Positions 9,701-21,500 of a DNA stretch of 64,000 nucleotides are shown here, piece after piece. The position numbers and the translations under genes were made by a program. Under the pieces are notes generated by a model that made no database searches, had not been told where the DNA came from, and was given only the letters and a program-made list of their open reading frames with translations. Positions within the stretch are counted from its first letter, which is position 1; every line of letters begins with the position of its first letter. This stretch comes from Candidatus Eiseniibacteriota bacterium. Its GTDB lineage: Bacteria; Eisenbacteria; RBG-16-71-46. The stretch lies in assembly GCA_963725865.1 (NCBI GenBank), contig CAVSAC010000014.1, forward strand, positions 1,216,001-1,280,000. Reading direction: 5' to 3'.

Positions 9701-10897
9701 TCAGTCCACGCGCCGCAGCGCGTTGACGATCGACAGGCGCGATGCCTGCCACGCCGGGATGAGGCCGCTCACCGCGCCCATCAGCACCGCGAGCGCGACG
9801 CCGGTGATGACCGTCGACCAATACACGCTCATCGGCGGCAGGAACCCGCCCATGCTGAACTTCGAGCCCTCGAGCGCGAACTTGGCGAGCAGCGAGCCCG
9901 CGATCCCCGCGAGCAGCGTGATGATCGCGGCCTCGAGCAGCACGATGCGGAAGATGGTGCCGTCCTCGAAGCCGAGCGTCTTGAGCACGCCCACCTCGCT
10001 GGTGCGCTCGCGCACCGCCATCACCATGGTGTTCGCCGCCACCAGCAGGATCGCGAACACGATCGCCAGCCCGATGATGCGGATCACGAACGGCAGGTTG
10101 CCGTACATCGACACGAACCCGGCCTGGAACGCCTTCTCGGATTCGGTGTGGGTCGCGGCCGCGGAGTTCTCGAACATCGCGTCGACCTGGTGGCCGATGT
10201 CGGCTGCGCGCGAGGGGTCGGTCAGGTCGAGCACGTAGAGCCCGACCAGGGACTGCCCGCCCATGCCCTTCTGGTCCAGGTAGCGGAAGTGGAAGAACAT
10301 CGTCTCCTCGCCGAAACCGCGGTTCCGCGAGCGGTATACCGCGCGGATCGTGAACGGCCACGAGCCGGTGTAGATGGTGCCGTTGACCGCGATGGTCTGG
10401 CCCAGCTTCCAGCCCATCTTGGTCATCAGCTTCTCGCCGACCACGCAGGCGGTCTGCTCCTCCATGAACGCGGCGAGCTGGGGATCCATGTCGGGCGGCA
10501 GGACGATCTTCGTCTGCGGCGGCGAGGCGGCGACGTACTCCACGTCCTTGGCGTAGATGGGGAAGAACGTCTCGGCATCGACCGCGAACTGCGCGTAGAA
10601 GTTGTGCGGGTTCACGGGATCCTGTCCGCCGAACCAGTTCTGGACGCTGACGCGCTTCACGCCCGGCAGCGCGGCGATGCGCTGGCGATAGGACATCGGC
10701 ATCGGGAACACCAGCGAGATCGCGTTGCGGGTCACGACGCGCTGTTCGCTGCCGACCTTGATCGACTCCTGCAGCGTGTCGAGGATGCCGAACAGCGAGC
10801 AGAACAGGAACAGCGCGACCATCACGCTCAGGAACGTCAGCGTGGTGCGCAGCTTGTTGCGGCCGAGATTGACGAAGGTGAGGAAGAGCAGGTTCAC
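9701..10897 (-). CDS. ABC exporter permease (MacB/FtsX family)
   Basis: [10 protein letters not shown]-terminus; [15 protein letters not shown]. Confidence 0.92.
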   Translation of the reverse strand: MNLLFLTFVNLGRNKLRTTLTFLSVMVALFLFCSLFGILDTLQESIKVGSEQRVVTRNAISLVFPMPMSYRQRIAALPGVKRVSVQNWFGGQDPVNPHNFYAQFAVDAETFFPIYAKDVEYVAASPPQTKIVLPPDMDPQLAAFMEEQTACVVGEKLMTKMGWKLGQTIAVNGTIYTGSWPFTIRAVYRSRNRGFGEETMFFHFRYLDQKGMGGQSLVGLYVLDLTDPSRAADIGHQVDAMFENSAAATHTESEKAFQAGFVSMYGNLPFVIRIIGLAIVFAILLVAANTMVMAVRERTSEVGVLKTLGFEDGTIFRIVLLEAAIITLLAGIAGSLLAKFALEGSKFSMGGFLPPMSVYWSTVITGVALAVLMGAVSGLIPAWQASRLSIVNALRRVD

Positions 10898-10913
10898 GCG
10901 ATCCCCCCGGCGC

Positions 10914-11585
10914 TCAGTTCGACAGCTCGCCCTTCTCGAGGTGCAGCACGCGATGCGCACGCTCGGCGGCGTGCGGATCGTGCGTGACCATGATGATGGT
11001 CTTCTTGTACTCGCGATTGAGCCGCTCGAGCAGGTCGAGGATCTCGCCCGCGCTCTTGCGGTCGAGGTCGCCGGTCGGCTCGTCGGCGAGCAGCACCGCC
11101 GGATCGCTCACCACCGCGCGCGCGATCGCGACGCGCTGCTCCTGGCCGCCCGAGAGCTGGCGCGGGTAGTGCGACAGCCGGTCGCCGAGGCCCACCAGCT
11201 CGAGCGCGGTCTTCGCGCGCTTGCGCCGCTCCGCGCCGCTCATACGCACGAGCATCAGCGGCAGCTCCACGTTCTGCAGGGCGGTCAGCACCGGGATCAG
11301 GTTGTAGAGCTGGAAGATGAAGCCGATGTTCGTCGAGCGCCACCGCGCCAGCGCGCGGCCCTGGAGCTGCGCGATGTCGGTGCCGCCCACCACCAGGCGG
11401 CCGGCGGTCGGCGAGTCGATGCCGCCGATCAGGTTCAGCAGCGTGGTCTTGCCGCTGCCCGACGGCCCCATGAGCGCGACGAAGTCGCCCTCGGCGATGT
11501 CGAGCGAGAGCCCGTCGAGCACCGGCACCAACTGACGGTCGCGCTGATAGACCTTGCGCACCTCGCGCACCTGGACCGAAGCCAT
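10914..11585 (-). CDS. ABC ATP-binding protein (MacB/LolD-like)
   Basis: [31 protein letters not shown]. Confidence 0.95.
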   Translation of the reverse strand: MASVQVREVRKVYQRDRQLVPVLDGLSLDIAEGDFVALMGPSGSGKTTLLNLIGGIDSPTAGRLVVGGTDIAQLQGRALARWRSTNIGFIFQLYNLIPVLTALQNVELPLMLVRMSGAERRKRAKTALELVGLGDRLSHYPRQLSGGQEQRVAIARAVVSDPAVLLADEPTGDLDRKSAGEILDLLERLNREYKKTIIMVTHDPHAAERAHRVLHLEKGELSN

Positions 11586-11595
11586 GCGTGTCCTC

Positions 11596-12789
11596 CTAGG
11601 GCGATGTCGCGGCGCGCACGCGCGCGCCGTCCTTGATCCCGGGTGGCGGCTGCACCACCACCTGCTCGCCGCCATCGAGGCCGCGGCGCACCTCGACACT
11701 CGAATCGCGCGCGGGCCCCAGGTCGACGGTGCGCGCGCGCGCCCGCCCGTCGACCACGATCCACACCGACGCCGTCCCGCCGCCGCGCACCACCGCGGCC
11801 TCCGGCACCAGCACGCGCCGCGGCGCCGCGGCGGTCGGACCGCTGCCGGCCTCGTTCGCGAACGTCACCTTGGCGCCCATCTCGGGCAGGATGCGCGGAT
11901 CGCGATCGAGGATCGAGACCTTCACCTGCACGGTGGCCTTCTGGCGGTCGGCGGTCGGCACCACCTGGCGGACGCGCGCGGCGAACGAGGTGTCGGGGTA
12001 GGCGTCGAGCGTCACCCGCCCGGGCTGGCCGTTGCGCACCCGCGCGATGTAGGCCTCGCTCACGTCCACCTCGACCTCGAGCGTGGCGAGGTCGGCCATG
12101 GTGACGATCGCCGTGCGCGTGAGCCCGCCGCCGGCCGACGACGGCGCCACGATCTCGCCCACCTCGGCGTCCTTGCGCAGCACGGTGCCCTCGAACGGCG
12201 CGCGGATGCGCGTGTTCTCGAAGTTGGCCGCCGCCAGCGCGGTCTGCGCCCTGGCGCTCTCGAGCTGCGCGGCCAGCGCGTCGACGCGCATCTGCGCGTT
12301 CTCGAGGTCGGCCGGCGACGAGAGGTTCTGCGCGCGCAGCGCCTGCGCGCGCACCAGGTCGCGGCGGGCCTGCGCGAGCTGCACCGCGTACTGCCCCTCG
12401 GCCGCGCGGGCCACGCCGAGCGCCGCGTGGTAGTCGTCGCCCTCGATGGTGGCGATCACCTCGCCGTTGCGCACGTGCGAGCCCTCGTGCACCGCGATGG
12501 TGGCAAGCCGGCCGAGGATCTTGGCCGACACCGACGCCCGCGTGCGCGCCACGACGTAGCCGTTCGCGGTGATGCCCTCGCTCGAGACCGCGGTGGCGCC
12601 GCCGGTGGCCTCGGCCGTCGCGACCCGGACCGCGAGCGCGCGCGGGCGCAGCACCACCGCCCACAGCAGCGCGGCCAGCGCCACGAACACGAGCAGCACC
12701 CACGGCACGATCCGGCCGGCGCCGCCGCGAGCGGCAGGCGGCGGGCTGCGGTCGATGCGGAGGCTGGAGAGATCGGGGCCGGTGGTCAT
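11596..12789 (-). CDS. Efflux periplasmic adaptor (MacA/HlyD-like)
   Basis: N-terminal TM, lipoyl halves (IRAPFEG), coiled coil. Confidence 0.93.
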   Translation of the reverse strand: MTTGPDLSSLRIDRSPPPAARGGAGRIVPWVLLVFVALAALLWAVVLRPRALAVRVATAEATGGATAVSSEGITANGYVVARTRASVSAKILGRLATIAVHEGSHVRNGEVIATIEGDDYHAALGVARAAEGQYAVQLAQARRDLVRAQALRAQNLSSPADLENAQMRVDALAAQLESARAQTALAAANFENTRIRAPFEGTVLRKDAEVGEIVAPSSAGGGLTRTAIVTMADLATLEVEVDVSEAYIARVRNGQPGRVTLDAYPDTSFAARVRQVVPTADRQKATVQVKVSILDRDPRILPEMGAKVTFANEAGSGPTAAAPRRVLVPEAAVVRGGGTASVWIVVDGRARARTVDLGPARDSSVEVRRGLDGGEQVVVQPPPGIKDGARVRAATSP

Positions 12790-12817
12790 GGGGTCCGTGG
12801 GGTTCGGGAAGGCGAGC

Positions 12818-12847
12818 AGGCTAGGCTGCCGCCACGGTCAGGGTCAA
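12818..12847 (-). promoter_or_regulatory. Putative sigma70 promoter of the efflux operon
   Basis: TTGACC-N18-TAGCCT. Confidence 0.45.
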
Positions 12848-13044
12848 GGAGTGACGTTACGAGGGAGCAGGATGCGCGACCGCGGCGGCGTCGCGAACGG
12901 GAAACCGGCGGATGGTCGCCCGCTTCCGGCGAACGGTGGTGGCGACGCGGCGACCGGCGGTCGGGGCGCCGGGTGGACGGCGGCGCGGGGCCCGCGAGCC
13001 GGCATGCAGCCGCGCGCGAATCCGCCTCGATGCCGGTCCCAGCC

Positions 13045-13074
13045 TTGCGTCGCGCGGGCGCGAGCCCCTAGACT
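13045..13074 (+). promoter_or_regulatory. Putative sigma70 promoter of ferredoxin/HD genes
   Basis: TTGCGT-N18-TAGACT. Confidence 0.45.
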
Positions 13075-13143
13075 CCCCGTCCGCGCCGCGATCGCCGGCC
13101 GCAGCGAGCGACGATCCGATCATCTGGCTTCCCGGAGGACCCC

Positions 13144-13380
13144 ATGCCGTTCGTGATCGCCGAGCCGTGCATCGGTGTGAAGGACAAGTCGTGCGTCGAG
13201 GTGTGCCCCGTCAACTGCATCTACGAGGGCGAGGACATGTTCTACATCCACCCCGACGAGTGCATCGACTGCCAGGCGTGCGAGGCCGCCTGCCCGGTGC
13301 AGGCGATCTTCCCGGACAACGGCGTGCCCGACAAGTGGCAGTCGTACATCGCCAAGAACCGCGACTTCTTCAACAAGTAG
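13144..13380 (+). CDS. Dicluster (7Fe-type) ferredoxin
   Basis: EPCIGVKDKSCVEVCPVNC and CIDCQACEAACP; GGAGG SD. Confidence 0.95.
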   Translation: MPFVIAEPCIGVKDKSCVEVCPVNCIYEGEDMFYIHPDECIDCQACEAACPVQAIFPDNGVPDKWQSYIAKNRDFFNK

Positions 13381-13447
13381 CCGGCGTGCGCGGACGTCTC
13401 AGGCGGCGCCGCGTGGCGCCGCCTCTCGCGTTCCAGGAGCGATCCCG

Positions 13448-14017
13448 ATGAGCGACGGCACCCTGCCGACCCGCGACGAGGCCCTCGCGCTGCTGCACGA
13501 GTGGGTCACCAACGCGAACCTGCGCAAGCACTGCTACGCGGTCGAGGCCGCGATGCGCGCGTACGCCCGCAGCCACGGCGACGACGAGGACCGCTGGGGG
13601 ATCACCGGTCTCATCCACGACTTCGACTGGGAACGCCACCCCGACCTCGAGCGCCATCCCATGCAGGGCGTCGAGGTGCTGCGCGCGCAGGGCTGGCCCG
13701 AGGACGTGTGCCGCGCGGTGCTCGGACACGCGGTGCACAGCGGCGTGCCGCGCGACACCGCGATGGCGAAGACGCTCTACGCGTGCGACGAGCTGGCGGG
13801 CTTCCTCGTGGCGTGCGCGCTCATGACGCCGAACAAGTCGCTCGCCGAGCTCGAGGTGCCGTCGGTGAAGAAGAAGCTCAAGCGCGCCGACTTCGCGCGC
13901 AACGTCAACCGCGAGGACATCGTGCGGGGCGCCGCCGAGCTGGGCGTGGACCTCGACCAGCACATCGCGTTCGTGCTCGAGGCGATGCGCGGGATCCGGG
14001 GCGAGCTGGGGCTGTGA
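13448..14017 (+). CDS. HDIG/HD-domain protein
   Basis: RKHCYAVEAAM, GLIHDFD, ACDELAG. Confidence 0.92.
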   Translation: MSDGTLPTRDEALALLHEWVTNANLRKHCYAVEAAMRAYARSHGDDEDRWGITGLIHDFDWERHPDLERHPMQGVEVLRAQGWPEDVCRAVLGHAVHSGVPRDTAMAKTLYACDELAGFLVACALMTPNKSLAELEVPSVKKKLKRADFARNVNREDIVRGAAELGVDLDQHIAFVLEAMRGIRGELGL

Positions 14018-14029
14018 GCGGCGCGCGCG
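13930..14029 (+). repeat. 100-bp direct repeat, copy 1 (3' end of HD gene)
   Basis: Matches 16696..16795 with 4 mismatches by eye. Confidence 0.92.
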
Positions 14030-14043
14030 GCGAGTGATCGCTG

Positions 14044-16638
14044 TTACCTGAGCACCGCTACGCGCCTCGTTGCGATCACGCGGCCGCCCGCCAACAGCCG
14101 CGCCTGGTAGATCCCCGGGTGCAGGGCGCCACCCGAGTCGAGGTCGACCGGCGCGCGGCCGCCGGTGGTGACCAGATCCTGCACACGGACCCGGCGTCCG
14201 CCGATGTCGAACAGCTCGATCTGCGCGTCGCGCGTGCCTTGTGGCAACGCGACTACAAACCGTGGCACCGCACCCGCTGGGTTGGGCGCGACGTCGAACG
14301 TCAGCTCTTGTGATTCGGGCGGGACGAACAACGAGGCGAGGCCGAGTCGGACGGTGGCTCCGTTTTCGATCAGGATCAAGCTGTAGTCATAGGCGTGTCC
14401 GGGCTCCACCGTCGGGTCGTCGTAGCGCACGAGCCCCTCGCCGTCCGGCACCAGCGAGGCGAGAATCTGCCATGCACCTTGGTCCACGCGACGTTCGAGG
14501 GAGATCGGCCCGGAGGCGTCGGCGAGCGACCAGATCACGTGCACTCCCTTGGCATCGGCGGTGGCGGCAACGAGTGAGGCCGTGACAGGCGTGGTCGCAT
14601 CCTGCAGAAACAGGCCCCAGAACTGGAACATCCAGGGAGAATCACACGCGAGCACGAGCATGTCGCTCGCGGGATTGAACACGGCGTCCCTCAGGCTGAA
14701 CCCCCCGGGCCCGAAACCTTCGGGTGTGACCTGTGACCATTCGAGCGTCCCGCCGAGGTTCAGCGTCCAGACCTTTGCACCCGGGTCCGGCGTGGACTGG
14801 GGCCCGATCATGTACAGGCGTCGGCGAGCGGCGTCGAAGCAGATAGGGCTCGAGTTGTTGAAGCTTGGGGCCGTCCCGCTCGGGATCAGCGAGGTCCAGG
14901 TCCCCGAGTCGACTGCAAATGTCCACAGGTCCCGGTAAGCGTTGAGGGTGTCGGAGCCACCGATGACGAGCAGCTGGTTCGCGAGCGAGTCGAGCGCCGC
15001 GTGACCTCCCGCTCGCGCCGGTGGTCGAGGGCCCGCCAGGTCGAGCCGCGACCAGGTCTGCGGGAAGCCGAGCGTCAGCGCCCACACGTCGTTGTAGAAC
15101 GGCCGGTGTACGCCGATGCCCGTTCCGCCGAAGACGATCATCCGATCCCCAGCCGCGTCGTATACCGCACACTGGCCTCTGCGCGCGGACGGCGGAGTTC
15201 CGAGCGTCGGGATGGGAAGAAGGTCTCCTCCGGTCAACGGGATCACCCAGACGCTGTTCTGCAAAACGCCGGCGATCGTGCCGCCGAACAGGACGAGCCG
15301 GTCGCGTACCCGATCGACGATCACGGAGCCCCCCTCGCGCACCTCGCTCGAGAGGAGGATGCGGTCCCAGCGCGGTGGTTCGAGTAGGGGAGCTGCCCAC
15401 ACTGCAAAGCTCGGGGTGTCCGAGGACGAAGGGTCGGTGACGATGAGTCGGGCGCGCGCGACATCGAACAGCGCGTTGCCTGCATTGCCCGGCACGTCCC
15501 GGTCCGGCACCCGCGTTCTCCATGCCGGCACGCCGTCGATCGGAAGCTCGAGTCGAGCACCCATCCGATAGACGGGTGCCACCTTGGACTTGCCTCCGCC
15601 TGCAACGAGCACGCGGTGGACGGGATCGAGCACGACCGCGGTCGGCAGTCGAACGGGGGCTGCGGGATTCCCGAGATGCGTCCATCGCGCCGTGTCGGGG
15701 TCCGATGCATTCAGGCTCCATAGATCGGACCCGAGTGAGACGCTCCCGGAGATCGCGCCGCCATATACGAGCATCCGGTCCGCGAGCGAATCGTAGAATG
15801 CGACGCCGCCGTACCTCGCCGAAGGCAACGGTGCCGCGGGTGGAAGGAAGCGCCACGTCGGGTCTGCGCCGAGTGTCAGCTCCCAGGTCTCGTCCAAGGG
15901 GGCGAGCGAGGCGGGAACGGTGCTCGAGCTGAGGTACCTGCCGCCGAATACGAGCAAGCGGTTCCGTCGCGAATCGAATGTCACCCACGTGTTCAAGCGG
16001 CCGGTCGGTTGTGGACCGCTGGTGCCGAGCCCGGACCAGTTCGGACCGTCCGACAGGTCGAGCTGCTCGACATAGCTCGTGGGATAGGGCGAACCAGTGT
16101 GGGAATAGGAGGCGCCGCCGAAGAGGAGCACACGGTCGCCAACCGGGTCATACACCACTCCCGTGCCATCAAGCCACGGCGCGCATGTGAACAGCCGCGA
16201 CCAGACGAGGGAGTCGAGAGACAGGGCATACGTTCCGCACCAGCCAGACCCTGATATATCCTGCTGGTATCCCCACACCAAGAGGCGATTCCGTCGGCTG
16301 TCCACCACGGCACCCTTCAAGGGCAGTTGCTCCGTGGCCCAGGGGGCCATGATCAGCGGAGGGGTACCCGACGTCTCGAAGGGAATCCAGTCGCTCGCCG
16401 AGTCCAGACTGGCGCTCCACAAAGTGACCCCGCTCGTCGAAGTACTTCCGCCGAGCATGAGCATGCGGCGGTGAGTTGGATCATAGAGCGGGAACGGATA
16501 CACGTCCGTCGGCGTCCCGTACAGCTGCCACCGCGGGTCGGCCGCCGCAGCTCCGGCGGTTGGCGCGATTCGCCCGAGGGACAGGCACTCCACGAGCGTT
16601 ATGAGGACGAGAACGCATAGCCGCGGGCGCGAACCCAA
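14044..16638 (-). CDS. Secreted kelch/galactose-oxidase-repeat protein with T9SS/FlgD-like C-terminus
   Basis: GGAGG SD then TTG start and signal peptide; repeated YD..RDR...FGG...W blades; PNP...GRRVR...GIY...RRVAVLR tail. Confidence 0.82.
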   Translation of the reverse strand: MGSRPRLCVLVLITLVECLSLGRIAPTAGAAAADPRWQLYGTPTDVYPFPLYDPTHRRMLMLGGSTSTSGVTLWSASLDSASDWIPFETSGTPPLIMAPWATEQLPLKGAVVDSRRNRLLVWGYQQDISGSGWCGTYALSLDSLVWSRLFTCAPWLDGTGVVYDPVGDRVLLFGGASYSHTGSPYPTSYVEQLDLSDGPNWSGLGTSGPQPTGRLNTWVTFDSRRNRLLVFGGRYLSSSTVPASLAPLDETWELTLGADPTWRFLPPAAPLPSARYGGVAFYDSLADRMLVYGGAISGSVSLGSDLWSLNASDPDTARWTHLGNPAAPVRLPTAVVLDPVHRVLVAGGGKSKVAPVYRMGARLELPIDGVPAWRTRVPDRDVPGNAGNALFDVARARLIVTDPSSSDTPSFAVWAAPLLEPPRWDRILLSSEVREGGSVIVDRVRDRLVLFGGTIAGVLQNSVWVIPLTGGDLLPIPTLGTPPSARRGQCAVYDAAGDRMIVFGGTGIGVHRPFYNDVWALTLGFPQTWSRLDLAGPRPPARAGGHAALDSLANQLLVIGGSDTLNAYRDLWTFAVDSGTWTSLIPSGTAPSFNNSSPICFDAARRRLYMIGPQSTPDPGAKVWTLNLGGTLEWSQVTPEGFGPGGFSLRDAVFNPASDMLVLACDSPWMFQFWGLFLQDATTPVTASLVAATADAKGVHVIWSLADASGPISLERRVDQGAWQILASLVPDGEGLVRYDDPTVEPGHAYDYSLILIENGATVRLGLASLFVPPESQELTFDVAPNPAGAVPRFVVALPQGTRDAQIELFDIGGRRVRVQDLVTTGGRAPVDLDSGGALHPGIYQARLLAGGRVIATRRVAVLR

Positions 16639-16695
16639 GGTGCCTCCCGTGCGTGGGGTGCCCAGAGGATAGATCGACTCACCCGCGGTGGCCAG

Positions 16696-16795
16696 CGCCG
16701 CCGAGCTGGGCGTCGACCTCGACCCCCACATCGCGTTCGTGCTCGAGGCGATGCGCGGGATCCGGGGCGAGCTGGGGCTGTGAGCGACGCGCGCG
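16696..16795 (+). repeat. 100-bp direct repeat, copy 2 (orphan 3' end of HD gene)
   Basis: Encodes AAELGVDLDPHIAFVLEAMRGIRGELGL* with no start. Confidence 0.92.
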
Positions 16796-16796
16796 C

Positions 16797-17496
16797 TCAG
16801 GGGCGCGCGAGCGTGCCGACCGGCGATTCCGCGACCGAGCCGTCGGCGCGCACCAGCGCCACGCGCCACAACACGGAGCCGCCGCTGCGCAGCGCCGACG
16901 GCAGCGAGTCCGCCGGCACCACCAGCGTGGTCTCGGTCGCGGCGCCGAGGGTCTCCGAGCGGCTCGAGCGCGGTGGAGTAGAGCCGCACCTCGAAGCGCG
17001 CCGCGTCGGGTGAGCCGTGCCACGCCAGCCGCACGCCGCCGTCGGGGAGCCAGCGCGCGACCTCGATCGTGACCGCCGCCGGCGCGCCGCCGCGCAGCGT
17101 GCTCTCGGGCCGCCGCATCATCACGAGTGCGCCGCCCACGACGATCACGAGCGCCGCGAACGCCCAGGCGGGGCGCCATGCGGGCGCCAGCAGCGTCGCC
17201 CACCCGCCGCGCGATTCGCTGCGTCGCGCCTCGGCCGGACGCACGGCCACCGGCGTCGCGGCGGGTGCGCCGTCGGGCGCCGCGAAGAACCGTTCGCGCC
17301 ACGCGGTCAGCCGCGCGTCCGCGTCGTCGGGGCGCGCGCCTGCGGGCGGCGCGGGCGGCTCGAGGAACGCGCGGTGCGCGGTGGCGAGCGCCCGGCAGCG
17401 CGGGCAGGTGTCGAGGTGCGCGCGGCGCGGATCGCCCGCCGGCAGCGCCAGCACGGCGCCCACCTCCTCGGGAGCGATGCAGGGAGTCGGGTTCAT
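16797..17496 (-). CDS. Zinc-binding anti-sigma factor-like protein, frameshift near 16950
   Basis: HLDTCPRC (HxxxCxxC) plus TM; coupled to the sigma gene; the alternative frame ends ...TLARP* at 16797. Confidence 0.72.
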
Positions 17497-18080
17497 GCGC
17501 CCTCCCGCGCCTGCTCGTCGAGCGCCGCGCGCAGCCGCCGGCGCGCGCGCTGGAGCAGTCCGCGCGCCCCGGTCGCGGAGTCCAGCCGCATCACGCGCGT
17601 GATCTCGTCCACCGGCATGCGCTCGAAGCAGCGCAGCCACAGCGCCTCGCGCTCGCTCGGATCCAGGTGCTCCGCCACCAGCGTGCGCAGCCGCTCCTCG
17701 TCCGTGCGGGCTTCCCACTCGGCGGCCGGATCGGGCTCGCGCGCGGGCAGGGTCTCGAGCAGGTCGTCGTCCTGCAGCGGCGAGGGCGCCGCGACCGCGT
17801 TCAGGCAGCGATTGCGGGCGATCACGAACAGCCACGACGAGAAGCGCGAGCGGCCCTCGAACGTGTGCAGGTGAGTCCACGCCCGCATGAACACCTCCTG
17901 TGCCATCTCCAGCGCCCGCTCGTGGTCCCGCACATAGCGGTAGCACCACAGGTAGACGCGCCGCTGGTAGCGGCCGAACAGCTCCGACGCCGCCGCCCGC
18001 GACCGGGCACCCGCGGGATCGCGGGTCGCCTCGCTCACGAGGCGCTCGTCGTCGAGCGTCTGGAGTCCGGGTTCCTTCAT
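17493..18080 (-). CDS. ECF sigma-70 factor
   Basis: EMAQEVFMRAW, FSSWLFVIARNRC, region 4 LLQRARRRLR. Confidence 0.92.
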   Translation of the reverse strand: MKEPGLQTLDDERLVSEATRDPAGARSRAAASELFGRYQRRVYLWCYRYVRDHERALEMAQEVFMRAWTHLHTFEGRSRFSSWLFVIARNRCLNAVAAPSPLQDDDLLETLPAREPDPAAEWEARTDEERLRTLVAEHLDPSEREALWLRCFERMPVDEITRVMRLDSATGARGLLQRARRRLRAALDEQAREGA

Positions 18081-18572
18081 GAAATGAGACCGTCGCAGGC
18101 CGGAGGAATCACACGCCCGGTGACCCAGGGCAGGATGCGGCCGGGCCGGGCGCGGCGGAACGCCGACACGATAGTGGCCGCAGCCGCTCGCGACAACGGT
18201 TTCGGGGCGTATCCGAGGCGGCGCCGAGGGTGCGGCGGGCGCAGGTGGAGGCGTGAGCCGGGAACCGCGGGGGGCGCTCTGCGGGCCCCCAATAGGACCG
18301 CCGTCGGATCGGGCATGACGCTCGTTCCGGCGGCGGCATCCGGTTTCTTCCGGCCGGCGGTTCCCCTCAGAGGTTCCGCACTCGACCGCGCCCATTGAAT
18401 CGATGGGCGGATTGTACGCCGGGGAGCTCGTTGCCTCCCGCGACGTCGAAGAGATTCCACTCCTGTCGGGCCCGGCCGTCAACCGGATTCTTGGACCACG
18501 GCGGAAGGGGCGGCCCGCCTGCGCGGACCGCCCCCGTCGGCGCCCTGCCAGCGCCGTCCGCACGCGCCCCGC

Positions 18573-21500
18573 TCAGCGCATCCGGACCACGCGCCGCGTC
18601 GCCTCGAACCCCGCCCAGCGCGCGCGCACGAAGTAGAGCCCGCTCGCCGCGCGAGCGCCCGCCTCGGTCCGGCCGTCCCACGCCAGCGCGTGCCGCCCCG
18701 CCGCCATCGCTCCGCTGGCGAGCGAGCGCACCCGGCGGCCCTGCATGTCGAACACCGCGACCGAGACGTCGTGCGGCTCCGGCATCGCGAGCACCAGGTT
18801 GACGGCACCCGCCGTCGGATTGGGCCACGCCGCCGACAGCGAGGCGACCCCGGGCGGCGCGATCGATTCGGCGTCGAGCAGCCCGCCGCCGATCGTGAAC
18901 GTCCCGCTGGTGTCGGCGATCGCGCCGATCGTGGCGTCGACCACGCGCAGCCGCGCGTTGGCGCTCGCGGGCGGGGTGACGCGCCAGGTGTAGCTGCTCG
19001 AGCCCGCCACGAACACGCTGCCGGCCGGCAGGTCCGACGCGATGCGCTCCCAGATCGCTCCGCCGTCGCGCGAGACCTCGAGGTGGATGCGGCGCAGCCC
19101 GAAGCCGGGCGTCCACGTGATGGTCTGCGTGCTCGCCGCGTCCCACGTCTCGCCGCCCGCGGGTGCCGTCAGCGTCACGGTCTCGAAGATCGCCACCGGG
19201 CAGGGGTTCGCCAGCACGTGCACCTGGTCCGGCGCGATGCCGGCGACCAGGAAGTCGGCCATCCCGTCCGCTCCGCCGTCGCGGCCGACCGGCACGCCGC
19301 GCTGGTTGCCGAGCACGAGCGCAGGCTCGGCGATGAACGCCTGCGGCGTGACGCCCTGCAGGAACTGGCGCGCGAACAGCGTGAGCGAGCGATCCTGGCC
19401 CGAGACCACGGCGAGATCCTCGTTGCCGTCCATCGTGTAGTCCTGCATCACGAGCCCGCGCGGGTCGGCCACTCCCGCGAAGCCCACCGGCGCCGCGAAC
19501 GTGCCGTCGCCGAGCACGCCGGTGCCGTTGCCCTTCAGCATGGTGACCGTGCCGGGGTGCGAGTCGTTGGTGACGATCAGGTCGAGGATGCCGTCGGAGT
19601 CGATGTCGCGCGCGAGCAGGTGATTCGGGCTCACGCCGGCGGCGTAGCCCACCGAACTCGCGAACGTGGCGTCGGGCACGCCGCCGGTCAGGTTGCCGAG
19701 TGCCACGTGCACCGCCGAGAACGCGGAATCGGGGTTGACCGCGGCGATGTCGAGCGCGCCGTCCTCGTTGAAGTCGGCGAGCACCACGTCCGTCGGCGCC
19801 TTGCTCAGCGAGACGAAGCCGCCGACCTTCGGCACGAACGTCCCGTTGCCGGTGTTGCTGGTGCCCTGCCCGATCAGCACGCGCGCAGCGGCGGCGTTCG
19901 GCGTGGTGACCACCAGGTCGAGGATGCCGTCGTGGTCGAGGTCGCCCGCCGCGATGCCCGAGCCCGCACCGCTCAGCGCGATCGTGATGGGGGCGGCGAA
20001 GGTTCCATCGCCGACGGCGCCGGAGCCGAGGCCGCGCAGCACCGCCGCTCCGGTGCTGGTGGCGACCGCGAGGTCGAGGATGCCGTCCTCGTCGAAGTCG
20101 GCGGTGGTGATGCCGTTCGCGACCAGCGCGGCGCCGTACGTGGTCGCGGCACCGAGCCCGCCCGCGGGCGTGGTGAGCTGGACCTGCACGCCGGCGCCGG
20201 TCGCGACCGCGAGGTCCGCGCGGCCGTCCTCGTTGAAGTCGGCGCTCACCGCCGCGCGCGGGTCGGACGAGCCGGCGGCCGAATCGGTCACCGCCACGGC
20301 CGCGCACAGCGAGAAGTCGCCGTCGGTCACGTCGAACATCGTCGGGACGAACGCGTCGTTGACGCGCACCCGCATGTGGGTGCTCAACGGACCCGTCGTC
20401 GGCCACGGGACGCTGGTCCCGTACACGCTGCGGGCCACGGTCTCCCAGTGGGCCCCGCCGTCGTGCGAGATGGCCACGTCCACCGCGAGCACGCCCGCGC
20501 CCTTGGTCCACCCGAGGGTCGGCGGTGTTGCCGGGCCGCAGCGGGACGATGGCGCCGGGAGCCGGACTGGTGACGGTGACCTCGCCCGGCAGGAGCGGCG
20601 GGCACGCGTTCAGGCGCACGTCGGTGCGCGCGGTCGCGCCGCCGAGCGTGCCGACGACCACGTCGGGCGAGGCGTTCTCGTCGAAGTCGCCGACGAACGA
20701 GGCCGAACGCGCCGGTCCCGGTCAGCGTGGGGCCGGCCACGGCCGTGAACGTGCCGTTGCCTGCGGCCCCGGTGCCGTTGCCGTACAGGAACGTCAAGCA
20801 CGTTCGAGGTCGTCGAGGTCGCGATCAGGTCCGCGCGGCTGTCGTGGTCGAGATCGCACACCGCGAGATGGTCGCCGCCGCCCGCCGAGCGCACGGGGGT
20901 GAAGAAGGTGCCGCTGCCCACACCGCGCAGCCAGGCGACGCTGTCGGCGCGCTCGAGCACCACGTCGAGGAAGCGTGTCCTCGTTGATGTTCGCGACCAC
21001 GAAGTCGTTCCAGCCCTTGGTGAGCGGCATGCTGAGCACGCGGCTGAACGTGCCGCTGCCGGTGCCGGCCGAGCCGGGCGGCCGCACGCCCATCATCACG
21101 ACCAGACTGTCGACGCTCTGGAGCGACCGCGTCGTTGAGGTCCACGATGTCGAGCGCGCCGTCGTTGTTGAAGTCGACGAGCGCCAGCTCCTCGGCCTGC
21201 TGCGGGATGGTGACCGGCACCGGTGCCGCGAACGTGCCGTTGCCCTGCCCGTCGCTGCCCTGACCCAGCACCACCTGGCCTCCGGGCACGAGCGCGTTCG
21301 AGGTGACGAAGTCGAGGATGCCGTCGGAGTTCACGTCGCCGAACGCGAAACCGCGTCGACGCGACGTTGAGCACCGTGACCGGCGGGTCGAACGTGCCGT
21401 CGCCCACGCCGCCGGCGCCGCGGCCGTGCCGCAGCTGCACGGTCGCCGCACCGCCCTCGATCGTCAGCAGGTCCAGGATGCCGTCCTCGTCGACGTCCTC

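Noticed and set aside
12790..13143. Riboswitch or ncRNA in the long GC-rich intergenic region
   Set aside because: No recognisable motif; adequately explained by divergent promoters. An Rfam scan would settle it.
14044..17949. 1301-aa ORF as an anti-sigma/kelch fusion
   Set aside because: Chimeric: a frameshift near 16950 bypasses the anti-sigma stop, and the kelch gene has its own SD, TTG start and signal peptide.
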